Assembly: GCA_037443035.1 (NCBI GenBank)
Contig: JBBIPC010000006.1
Coordinates: 96,001-160,000, forward strand
DNA from: Chthonomonadales bacterium
Lineage (GTDB): Bacteria; Armatimonadota; Chthonomonadetes; Chthonomonadales; CAJBBX01
Direction: 5' to 3'
Length of the DNA stretch: 64,000 nucleotides
Shown: in pieces, positions 1 through 7,985 of the stretch
Layout of the letters: each line of letters starts with the position of its first letter
How positions within the stretch are numbered: position 1 is the stretch's first letter
Made by a program: the position numbers and the translations under genes
Notes under the pieces: generated by a model
Database searches by the model: none
The model's input: the letters and a program-made list of their open reading frames with translations, nothing else
Told to the model about the DNA's origin: nothing

Positions 1-777
1 CTGCCGCTGGCTGACGCCGATGTAGCCCGAGAACTCCGGAAGAGCCTGACGAAACAGGGGATTGCTTTCCACCTGGACAGCAAGGTCACGGCGGTCAAAC
101 GCGTGCCAGATGGCCTGTCCGCGACCGTGGAGGGACCCAAAGGAGCCACGGAGATTGGCTGCGATGTCGTCCTGGTGGGTGTGGGCCGCCGACCGGTGAC
201 GCGCGATACTGGTGTGGAAGCCGTGGGTGTCGAAGTCACGAGACAAGGAATAACGGTCAACGAGCGGATGGAAACGTCCGTGCCGGGAATCTATGCCATT
301 GGTGATGTCACGGGGAAGTTCCAGCTTGCCCATGTTGCGTCTCACCAGGGCATCGTCGCGGCAGAGAACGCCATGGGACATCCTGCGACCATGAGCTACA
401 GAGCCGTCCCATCGCCGGTCTTCACCGAGCCGGAGTTGGCAACCGTGGGCATGACGGAGAAGCAAGCGCGCGAGGCTGGCTACGATGTGGCCATCGGCAC
501 GTTCCCCTTCAGGCCGCTGGGTAAGGCGATGGCCATGGACCAGCAAGAAGGTCTGGTCAAGGTTGTCGCGGAGAAAAAGTACGGAGAGGTCCTGGGCGTC
601 CACATCGTGGGTCCGCACGCGTCGGATCTAGTCCACGAAGCAGTGGTGGCCATCGAGTTAGAGGCGACGGTGGACGAGCTGAAGAACCTGATCCACGGAC
701 ATCCCACTTTGCCAGAGGCCATCATGGAAGCAGCGATGGACGTCCAGGGCATGTCCATCCACAAGATGCGGGGGTAG
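1..777 (+). CDS. lpdA: Dihydrolipoyl dehydrogenase (5'-partial, C-terminal part)
   Basis: Open frame from base 1; motifs VGVGRRP, IYAIGDV, LAHVASHQG, FTEPELA and catalytic HPTLPE (HxxxxE). Confidence 0.93.
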   Translation: MPLADADVARELRKSLTKQGIAFHLDSKVTAVKRVPDGLSATVEGPKGATEIGCDVVLVGVGRRPVTRDTGVEAVGVEVTRQGITVNERMETSVPGIYAIGDVTGKFQLAHVASHQGIVAAENAMGHPATMSYRAVPSPVFTEPELATVGMTEKQAREAGYDVAIGTFPFRPLGKAMAMDQQEGLVKVVAEKKYGEVLGVHIVGPHASDLVHEAVVAIELEATVDELKNLIHGHPTLPEAIMEAAMDVQGMSIHKMRG

Positions 778-788
778 GGTGTACGAGG

Positions 789-1844
789 ATGCGTATCGGA
801 GCGTACAGCGTAGCACCTTGGCGGTTCGGCGTAACGGTGCTACTCTGCCTGCTGGCAGGGTGTCGGTCCGGAGGTGGAGGCGAGACCCGACCGCCGGATC
901 GCGGTCACCTCAAAGTGGCACTCGTCACCGATGCCGGCGGGATTGACGATCGTTCGTTCAATGCTGCCGCTTGGGAAGGCCTGAAGCGCGCGCAGCAGCA
1001 GTTCGGGATCGAGGCACGTTACCTGGAGAGCCGGGAGCAGAGTGATTACAAGAGCAACCTGGCCAATCTCGCTGATCAGGGCAATGCGCTGGTGGTGGCA
1101 GTCGGGTATCTCATGGAGGACGCGCTGAAGGAGGTCGCGCCTCGGTACCCCAGTACTCACTTTGTGATCATTGACGGTAGCGCGCCGCCATTACCGAACG
1201 CCATGGCTGTGAAGTTCCGCGAAGAGGAGGGCACCTTCCTGGCAGGCTACCTCGCAGGCGCGATGACGAAAACAGGTGCCATCGGTTTCGTTGGAGGCAT
1301 GGAAGGACCGCTCATCAAGAAGTTCGAGTGTGGCTACCGGTCTGGTGCCAAGACGGCGCGACCGGACATCCGCGTCATCGTCAAGTACATTGGTAGTTGG
1401 ACCGACGTCGCGAAGGGGAAGGAATACGCCCGTACGGCCATACAGCAAGGCGCCGATATCGTCATGCACGCCGCAGGCAAGGGCGGCTTGGGAGCACTCG
1501 ATGCGATGGCTGAAGCAGGGGACGGGTACTACGGTATCGGGGTAGACAAGGATCAGGACGGTGAGCACCCAGGCAGGATACTGACTAGCGTCATGAAGGG
1601 CGTGGACACTGCGGTGTTCGAGGCGGTACGGGAGCTTCGCGATGGCAAGTGGAAGGGTGGCGAGAAGATCCTCGGGCTGAAGGAAGGCGGTATCAAGCTG
1701 TCGCCCATGCAGTACACGCGGAAGAGTATCCCACCTTCCGTCCTGGCCAGGCTGGAGAAGGTGAAGCAACTCATCGCGGATGGCAAGTTGCAGGTACCGA
1801 AAACAGAGGAAGACGTGCAGGTCTTCACGCCTCCTACGTTATGA
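789..1844 (+). CDS. BMP/PnrA-family ABC substrate-binding lipoprotein (nucleoside-binding type)
   Basis: Lipobox LAGC; DAGGIDDRSFN, FREEEGTFLAG and IGVDKDQ motifs typical of the BMP family. Confidence 0.9.
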   Translation: MRIGAYSVAPWRFGVTVLLCLLAGCRSGGGGETRPPDRGHLKVALVTDAGGIDDRSFNAAAWEGLKRAQQQFGIEARYLESREQSDYKSNLANLADQGNALVVAVGYLMEDALKEVAPRYPSTHFVIIDGSAPPLPNAMAVKFREEEGTFLAGYLAGAMTKTGAIGFVGGMEGPLIKKFECGYRSGAKTARPDIRVIVKYIGSWTDVAKGKEYARTAIQQGADIVMHAAGKGGLGALDAMAEAGDGYYGIGVDKDQDGEHPGRILTSVMKGVDTAVFEAVRELRDGKWKGGEKILGLKEGGIKLSPMQYTRKSIPPSVLARLEKVKQLIADGKLQVPKTEEDVQVFTPPTL

Positions 1845-1921
1845 GAAAGGTAGCAAGAGGTAGTGCCGTGCTGGATGGTTCGCGCCGTCCGCCACTCCCA
1901 GGCTCCGACCGGAAATAGGTC

Positions 1922-2944
1922 CTAGTTCGGCCCGACGGCGACGGCTGTTATGCTGCCCTCGTGCGAGCTGACACGTCGCACCACCGACAGATCGGAAGCA
2001 CTCCAATAGCGCAGGGCACTGTCGGCACCGCCGGTCACAAGTATCTTCCCATCCCGGCTCCACGCGAGACACAGGATCTGCTTGTCGAGTAACTTGGAGA
2101 CCAGTTCAGCGACGCCCTTACCGGTTACAGTGTAGACGCGAATGCGACCGTCAGTACCTGCTGTTGCAAGGAGCTGTCCGTCTACCGTGCCGGCCAGCGC
2201 AGCCAGCGACTTGTCATTCGTGCGGTGGCGGGAGGCCAGCGCAAAATCCCCTGCCGTCCACACTTTCACATAGCCGTCAGCAGCGCCGCTGATCAGGGAT
2301 CGGCCATCTTTCGTCCACACCAGCCCAGTGATGGCTTCATCATGGCCGACGATGCTGGCTGCCTGAGACCCGTCGTCGCGCCATACCTGTATGACACGGT
2401 CGTCGCCTCCCGAGGCCAGCATTTTCCCGTCTGGGCTCCATGCCAGCGCCCGAACACCTCGGGTGTGAGCGTGGATCGTTCGAACGAGCTTCCCCTTTTC
2501 GTAGTCCCACAACTTCACCATGCCGTCCGCGCCGCCTGAGGCCAGAAGGGTGCCGTCTTCGCGCAACGCCAGAGCCACCACAGCTCCGTCATGAGCATCC
2601 AGGGTGTTCTCCAGGGAGCCATCGTCTACGTTCCACACCTTGACGGTTCCATCCGCGCCGCCTGAGATGATCCGACGCCCATCGTTGCTGAAGAGGAGGG
2701 CGTGTACGGCACCCTCGTGGGCGAGGAACGAGAACGTCTCGACTCCAGCGGTATTGTAGGTCTTGATCGTCTTGTCCGCACCGCCAGATGCCACAGGGGG
2801 ATACTGAGCGAAAGATGCTTCCATCAACGATACGACAAGCATGGTGGCGGCGGACACCACCCACGCGCGCCTAGCGAAGTGGCATCTGGTCATCCGCGGA
2901 TACATGCGAGTTCTGTGCATCATTCTGAGCGACGCGGCAGCCAA
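1922..2944 (-). CDS. Secreted WD40-repeat beta-propeller protein (true start may be ATG at 2893)
   Basis: About 7 repeats of H..V..L.(W/F)S.DG..L.SGG.DG.VK.W; N-terminal signal-peptide-like segment ending ASFA|Q. Confidence 0.88.
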   Translation of the reverse strand: MAAASLRMMHRTRMYPRMTRCHFARRAWVVSAATMLVVSLMEASFAQYPPVASGGADKTIKTYNTAGVETFSFLAHEGAVHALLFSNDGRRIISGGADGTVKVWNVDDGSLENTLDAHDGAVVALALREDGTLLASGGADGMVKLWDYEKGKLVRTIHAHTRGVRALAWSPDGKMLASGGDDRVIQVWRDDGSQAASIVGHDEAITGLVWTKDGRSLISGAADGYVKVWTAGDFALASRHRTNDKSLAALAGTVDGQLLATAGTDGRIRVYTVTGKGVAELVSKLLDKQILCLAWSRDGKILVTGGADSALRYWSASDLSVVRRVSSHEGSITAVAVGPN

Positions 2945-2994
2945 GGAACCGGTTCCCGACCAGTAACGTATCAGGGAGCTCCATCGTCCTATTC

Positions 2995-3023
2995 AGTGTA
3001 CAAAGAAGCGACCCGCTTGTCAA
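2995..3023 (-). promoter_or_regulatory. sigma70-type promoter for the WD40 gene
   Basis: Minus strand TTGACA (3023-3018), 17 nt spacer, TACACT (3000-2995). Confidence 0.7.
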
Positions 3024-3055
3024 CATCACTCGTTCTAAGCGCTGAAGGATAAGCG

Positions 3056-3084
3056 TTGACAGGAGAGGAAGGCTATGCTACACT
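3056..3084 (+). promoter_or_regulatory. sigma70-type promoter with extended -10
   Basis: TTGACA (3056-3061), 17 nt spacer, TGc-TACACT (3079-3084). Confidence 0.75.
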
Positions 3085-3122
3085 GCTGGTGTAGTGCGCT
3101 ATTCGCCAGGAAGGAGTCTTCC

Positions 3123-4751
3123 ATGCACATGAGAGCCACGCTGTCCGTTCTGGGCAGCCTCCTACTGTGTCTCGGGATGACAGCCCGGACTTCAGCTCAG
3201 AACACCGCTCCGTTTTCGATCCGGTTTCCACCAGACGGGGCGACGGTCCGGGAGAAAGTGCCCATCCGTGTTCCTTTGGCGAGCATTCCGGACGGCGCAT
3301 ACGTGGCATTCAGTATTGATGGTCAGTTCCGGGTAGCGCTGGCACCGACGGATGAACAACGTACCAAGGCCGAGCCGGGCGCCATGTTCGAGTACATCTG
3401 GGATACGAAAGAGCGCGTGCGCGTCCTCGGCACGAACCGCGTGGAGGCGCCCTCCGACGGACCCCATAAGATCAGCGCGGTGCTGTACGTTCCTAAGAGC
3501 GGTCCTGCAGGTGGGGCCACCGCAGCTGAGACGAGCGAGGTCAACGTCACCCTCGCCAACAAGATCGCAACCGATCCAGGGCCCATAGCGCTGCGGTACC
3601 GCTACGAGGATGGCTCCAACCGGACGTACAACCGGTCGGGTACGACGGTGATCGTGGGGGGCGTGACTCAGGGATTGACGGCCACCGGCGATGTGGAGCT
3701 CGTGGGACAGAACAGCGATCTGCTGCTGGCGGTAGAAGATGTGTATCAGAACGGCAACGCCATCGTTCGCAACCGCCTGACCCGGCTGGCTGTGAAGCAG
3801 TACGGACAGGAGGTCGTGTACCCTCAGGAATACCTGCCCAAGTCCATCTACCAGGAGCTGGATCCGCTGGGTATTGTCCACTATCCTCCACAAGAGCGCC
3901 TGGCGACGGACGCATTCTATGAGGCGGGTATTCCCGTCAGCACGACCCTGGACTTGCCGATCCTGCCGCGGCACGAAGTGCGCGTGGGTGATACGTGGGA
4001 CACGCCGGGCGTGGTGCTCGATATTCCAGGCACATCCCCCGACAAGCAGCCGAAGGTCACAGTGAAGAGCACACTCGAAGGTCTGGAGTGGGAAGGCAAC
4101 CACCAGACAGCCAAGATCGTGCAAACCTACAACGGAGCGCTCAAGGAAAAGTCCTTGGTCTTCGGCAACATGCTCATCGAGAACCCAACAGTGGACTTCA
4201 AACGCGTGATCTACCTGTCGTACCGGTCCGGTACGCTCGTAAAGATCGAGCGGACTCTGGAGGTTGCGGGCACGACCAGCGAGACGATCAGTCCCGCCGT
4301 CGGCGGGGCAGCCGGTATGAGCGCTCCAGGGGGTCCCATGATGGGTGGCATGAGCGCCCCCGGTGGCATGAGCATCGGCGCTCCGCCGATGATGGGATCG
4401 GGCGGAATGTCTGGTCCCCCGCTCATGATGGGCGGTATGGGTGGTTCCAGCATGCCGTATCTGGGACCTGGCGGCATGGGTGGTATACCCGGACCTGGCG
4501 AAGGTCGCGAAGGGCCCGGGGGATCGGGTTCGCCCAGAATGGGAGGCAGGCTCGGAGGCCGCACAGGTGGCCGGCTGGGCGGCTTGACAGGTCCTCCCAC
4601 AATGGGTAGCGGAGGGATGACCGGACCCATGGGCGGCTACGTGGGTGGTATGCGCGGCATGGCCGGCATGGGAACCGGCGTCTCGAAACAGAAGATCACC
4701 CTTCGATCCACGACCATCACGGAGCTGAAGCCCGAGAAGCCTGCTTCGTAA
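3123..4751 (+). CDS. Exported hypothetical protein with N-terminal Ig-like domain, beta-rich domain and Gly/Met/Pro-rich insertion
   Basis: AAGGAG RBS before ATG 3123; signal peptide (MHMRATLSVLGSLLLCLGMTARTSA); long ORF; low-complexity segment near the C-terminus. Confidence 0.75.
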   Translation: MHMRATLSVLGSLLLCLGMTARTSAQNTAPFSIRFPPDGATVREKVPIRVPLASIPDGAYVAFSIDGQFRVALAPTDEQRTKAEPGAMFEYIWDTKERVRVLGTNRVEAPSDGPHKISAVLYVPKSGPAGGATAAETSEVNVTLANKIATDPGPIALRYRYEDGSNRTYNRSGTTVIVGGVTQGLTATGDVELVGQNSDLLLAVEDVYQNGNAIVRNRLTRLAVKQYGQEVVYPQEYLPKSIYQELDPLGIVHYPPQERLATDAFYEAGIPVSTTLDLPILPRHEVRVGDTWDTPGVVLDIPGTSPDKQPKVTVKSTLEGLEWEGNHQTAKIVQTYNGALKEKSLVFGNMLIENPTVDFKRVIYLSYRSGTLVKIERTLEVAGTTSETISPAVGGAAGMSAPGGPMMGGMSAPGGMSIGAPPMMGSGGMSGPPLMMGGMGGSSMPYLGPGGMGGIPGPGEGREGPGGSGSPRMGGRLGGRTGGRLGGLTGPPTMGSGGMTGPMGGYVGGMRGMAGMGTGVSKQKITLRSTTITELKPEKPAS

Positions 4752-4783
4752 GAACGACATTTCCCTCGCCGATTCCGTGAAGC

Positions 4784-4824
4784 GCGCCCTCCTCGTTACC
4801 CTGAAGAGGGGGTGGGGAGGGCGC
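4784..4824 (+). terminator. Probable intrinsic terminator hairpin
   Basis: GCGCCCTCCTCGTTACCCT-GAAG-AGGGGGTGGGGAGGGCGC stem with G-U pairs, followed by TGTTGCATTGT. Confidence 0.5.
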
Positions 4825-4937
4825 TGTTGCATTGTCCCCAGCAGCGTCGCCGATGCGGAAGCCCCGAACCTAGAGGGCCCTGGGAAGCTGGGTATAATGC
4901 TGCCCAGTCAGACAGAAGGTCTGGCGACACCGAAGTC

Positions 4938-5741
4938 ATGTCCCCGCTCTTCAAACGACGACCCGCCGAAGAAGACGAAGACAAGCGCATGGAGCTCAGC
5001 GAGCACCTTGCCGAGCTCCGTGCACGTATCATCCGGTCCATCCTCTACGTGGTGTTCGGCTCCATCGTGGCGGCCTTCTTCGTTCAGCCGATCTATCGAT
5101 TCTTCTACCAGCCCATGGCAAGCGCCCTCAGACACGGCAACGTCGAGTTCAAGATCGCCTTCACCCACTTCACCGAGCCGTTTTTCGTGGTCTTGCAGAT
5201 CTGCGTGGTCAGTGGTCTGATCCTGACGTCCCCATTGGTCATCCTGGAGTTGTGGGGGTTCGTTCGCCCAGCGCTGACCCGTGAGGAGCGCAGGCCGCTT
5301 CGGTGGATCGTACCGATGTCGGTCGGCCTGTTCGTTGCAGGCGTCTCGCTCGCGTATTGGGTGTCCACCTACGCCATGCGGTGGTTCCTCGGATACGTGA
5401 ACTTCTTCCCGACCGCCGTGCTCTACCAGGGGCCGAAGACCTATGTTGTCTTCGTGTTGAAACTCATGGCGGTCTTCGGCATCGTGTTTCAGTTACCCTT
5501 GGCCTTGATGTTCCTTGCTTGGGTCGGTCTCCTGAAGTCGGAGTCCATGAGACGCTCCTGGCGTCATGCGATTGTCGGTATCTCGTTTGTAGGGTTGCTG
5601 GTAACTCCCAGCAACGACGCATTCACCATGCTGATGATGATTTTTCCCGTGTTCGTGCTTTATCTAGGCAGCATTTGGTTGGTACGACTAGTGGAGAGGG
5701 CGCGTGAACGGAAGACCTCGCGAAGCCAGACTGTCGCCTAA
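4938..5741 (+). CDS. tatC: Twin-arginine translocase subunit TatC
   Basis: M.L.EHL.ELR.R, E.F...L, WGFVRPAL..EE, FQLP and TPS.D motifs; about 6 TM segments; TATAAT at 4893-4898 upstream. Confidence 0.95.
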   Translation: MSPLFKRRPAEEDEDKRMELSEHLAELRARIIRSILYVVFGSIVAAFFVQPIYRFFYQPMASALRHGNVEFKIAFTHFTEPFFVVLQICVVSGLILTSPLVILELWGFVRPALTREERRPLRWIVPMSVGLFVAGVSLAYWVSTYAMRWFLGYVNFFPTAVLYQGPKTYVVFVLKLMAVFGIVFQLPLALMFLAWVGLLKSESMRRSWRHAIVGISFVGLLVTPSNDAFTMLMMIFPVFVLYLGSIWLVRLVERARERKTSRSQTVA

Positions 5742-5871
5742 CGCTGGGCGCTACTGGTTGGCAGCAGCCCTGTTCGCGCTGCTCATTGCGGCTGCGATAT
5801 GGGCTGGTTGGTACTCGCCGTGGGCAAGATTGCCCGCGCAGGTGGAGACGCAAGTCAGGGTCGTGCGCTAA
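5704..5871 (+). CDS. Putative 55-aa single-TM small protein (below the ORF-track cutoff)
   Basis: GTG 5704 after GGAGAGG; MNGRPREARLSPNAGRYWLAAALFALLIAAAIWAGWYSPWARLPAQVETQVRVVR; fills the tatC-ychF gap. Confidence 0.5.
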   Translation: MNGRPREARLSPNAGRYWLAAALFALLIAAAIWAGWYSPWARLPAQVETQVRVVR

Positions 5872-5883
5872 GGGGGTGGGAGA

Positions 5884-6978
5884 GTGCGCGCAGGGCTGAT
5901 TGGCCTGCCAGGATGTGGCAAGACTTCCGTCTTCAATGCGGTGACGCGATCCGATGCGCCGATCCATGCCTACGAGGCCCACAGTGATCGCACCTATACC
6001 GCCGTCGTTGCAGTGCCGGACCCTCGCTACGACAAGGCGGTTTCCATCTGCCAGCCGAAGAAGCAAGTTCCTGCAACACTGGAGATCGTTGACGGGGCGG
6101 CACGCATCGAAGCGCATGAGCGTGGGCACTCGTTCGGCACCGACTTCTTCGCTGGCGTCCGGAACATGGATGCCCTTGTTCTCGTGCTGCGTGGCTTCGT
6201 AAATCTCCTGGTTGCTCCAGAGGGCGGTGCAGATCCTGTCCGCGATGCAGAGACTGTTCTGCAGGAGCTTGTGTTGGCGGATCTGGTTGTGCTGGAGGGA
6301 CGGCTGGAGCGTCTTCAGAAGGCCAAGACTTCACGTCGGCAGACGGCGGTCGGCGCAGGTGAAGAAGAGGCTGTCCGCTCCTTGAAGGATCGGCTGGAAG
6401 GCTCCCAGTCACTGCGAACGGCGCAGATGACCCCCGACGAGGAGAAGTACGCTCGGGCGTTCGGCCTCGTAAGCGCCAAACCGCTCATCCTGGTGCTCAA
6501 TATCGCCGAGGCCGACATCGGTCACGAGACACCCCAGGTTCTTGAGACCAGGACGTATGCCCAGAGGATGGGAGTGCCGCTGATCGTGCTGTGTGCGTCA
6601 CTTGAGGCGGAAATCGCGCGGATGGAGCCCGCAGAAGAGTCAGAGTTCCTCGAAGCGATGGGTATAGCCGAGTCTGCGCGAGATGCCCTCATTCGTGTGG
6701 TGTATTCGCATATGGGCCTGATCAGCTTCCTGACAGTGGGCTCGGACGAGGTACGTGCCTGGACCGTCCGCAAAGGCACTACGGCTCTGGGTGCAGCAGA
6801 GAAGGTCCATACGGACTTGGCGCGCTCGTTCATTCGTGCGGAGGTCATGGACTTTGCAGACTTCGAGCGATTCGGCGGATGGGACGCTGCACGAGCCGCA
6901 GGTAAGATGCGTCTCGAAGGCAAGGACTATATCGTGAAGGATGGCGAAATCGTCCACATCCGCGCATCTCGCGGCTAG
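5884..6978 (+). CDS. ychF: YchF/Obg-family P-loop ATPase (divergent)
   Basis: GLPGCGKTS P-loop, VPDPR, C-terminal TGS with EVRAWT, HTDL..SFIRAEV and RLEGKDYIVKDG. Confidence 0.88.
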   Translation: MRAGLIGLPGCGKTSVFNAVTRSDAPIHAYEAHSDRTYTAVVAVPDPRYDKAVSICQPKKQVPATLEIVDGAARIEAHERGHSFGTDFFAGVRNMDALVLVLRGFVNLLVAPEGGADPVRDAETVLQELVLADLVVLEGRLERLQKAKTSRRQTAVGAGEEEAVRSLKDRLEGSQSLRTAQMTPDEEKYARAFGLVSAKPLILVLNIAEADIGHETPQVLETRTYAQRMGVPLIVLCASLEAEIARMEPAEESEFLEAMGIAESARDALIRVVYSHMGLISFLTVGSDEVRAWTVRKGTTALGAAEKVHTDLARSFIRAEVMDFADFERFGGWDAARAAGKMRLEGKDYIVKDGEIVHIRASRG

Positions 6979-6999
6979 TGCATCGAGACGGTAACGTAG

Positions 7000-7005
7000 T
7001 ATAAT
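7000..7005 (+). promoter_or_regulatory. -10 box of the tRNA promoter
   Basis: Perfect TATAAT 10 nt upstream of the tRNA 5' end. Confidence 0.55.
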
Positions 7006-7015
7006 GCGACTCCAG

Positions 7016-7086
7016 TGGGGGATCGTCCAGCGGCAGGACAGCGGCCTTTGGAGCCGTTAACCCAGGTTCGAATCCTGGTCCCCCAG
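7016..7086 (+). tRNA. tRNA-Gln (TTG), CCA not encoded
   Basis: Cloverleaf: acceptor TGGGGGA/TCCCCCA, D arm GTCC/GGAC, anticodon arm GCGGC-CTTTGGA-GCCGT, T arm CCAGG-TTCGAAT-CCTGG. Confidence 0.96.
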
Positions 7087-7092
7087 TCGGAT

Positions 7093-7120
7093 GGCGGGAG
7101 GCCGAGCGCTGCCTCCCGCC
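7093..7120. terminator. Hairpin terminator between the tRNA and the convergent gene
   Basis: Perfect 10-bp stem GGCGGGAGGC / GCCTCCCGCC with 8-nt loop. Confidence 0.6.
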
Positions 7121-7172
7121 GTGTTCATTATCCAGTGATTGTCACTGCCTTCGGCATATCTGCCAGCGGCAG

Positions 7173-7985
7173 TCAGTCATTGGGAACCCGCCAATCGTCC
7201 TGGGTGACAGGACCTTCGTCCGGCGGCGGCAACATACCGAGACGCACCATATGATCATGCAGCGCCTGCGTACCGAGTATCGCCCAAAGTGCGGGAACGG
7301 CCAGCACAAGACCAATGCCGGTGGCGCTCAAAACCAGCATCGTGAGTAGCATGACGAGTGCCAAACCGGCGGTATATGCCGGCGCCCCGAGGAAGAGAAC
7401 GAAGCCGTTCCTCAGCACGTGGCGCAGCGAGGGGCCGCTGCTCCCCTCCGCAGGAGGTATCAGCCCTTCTTGTGCTGCAGTCAGAAGGGGCCAGTGATAC
7501 AGCGAGTTGAGTAACCAGAGAGCGAACAAGTAGCCGAAAACTACGGCAAGGAACGCGCCGACTGTAGATCTCCAGGCCACGTAGAACCACATGTTGCCCA
7601 GGCAGATCGCGCTGACGGCAACTTGCGTGACGACCAGCCCCAAAGCTTGCACGAAATCCCTCGCGGGTACGCGAGCGACCTCATCCAGCACGACCTCGTT
7701 TCGATGGACGACGGCTCGGGCCAAGCGGTGAACGGCTGTGGCCATATACGTCATCAGCAGACCGACAGATAATGCCGTGAGGATCGTGCCCCAGGGCTGT
7801 GCGAACCGTCCCAGCAAGCCGAGACGCTGACACAACCCAAGAACGCCCATTACCGATGCGACACTCACCGCGCTGGCGAGGCATGCCAGACCGAGACGGT
7901 CCCACCACGCCACGATTGCTCGGCGCAGGGTTCTACCTAGCCTGAGCCTCGCTGGTCCGTCTAGAGTGTCGGTCCCAGGTCCCAT
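7173..7985 (-). CDS. Multi-pass membrane protein (DUF624/YesL-like)
   Basis: About 6 hydrophobic helices; SLYHWPL and LRNGFVLF pattern; overlaps the 3' end of uxaA. Confidence 0.6.
   Translation of the reverse strand: MGPGTDTLDGPARLRLGRTLRRAIVAWWDRLGLACLASAVSVASVMGVLGLCQRLGLLGRFAQPWGTILTALSVGLLMTYMATAVHRLARAVVHRNEVVLDEVARVPARDFVQALGLVVTQVAVSAICLGNMWFYVAWRSTVGAFLAVVFGYLFALWLLNSLYHWPLLTAAQEGLIPPAEGSSGPSLRHVLRNGFVLFLGAPAYTAGLALVMLLTMLVLSATGIGLVLAVPALWAILGTQALHDHMVRLGMLPPPDEGPVTQDDWRVPND

Noticed and set aside
3192..4832. Long antisense ORFs (546 aa here; also 15939-17357, 27775-28830, 32448-33458, 54473-55504)
   Set aside because: Shadow frames of real genes in GC-rich DNA, with no recognisable motifs.
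7016..7086. tRNA-Gln as an integration site for a genomic island
   Set aside because: No integrase and no repeat of the tRNA 3' end seen in the window.
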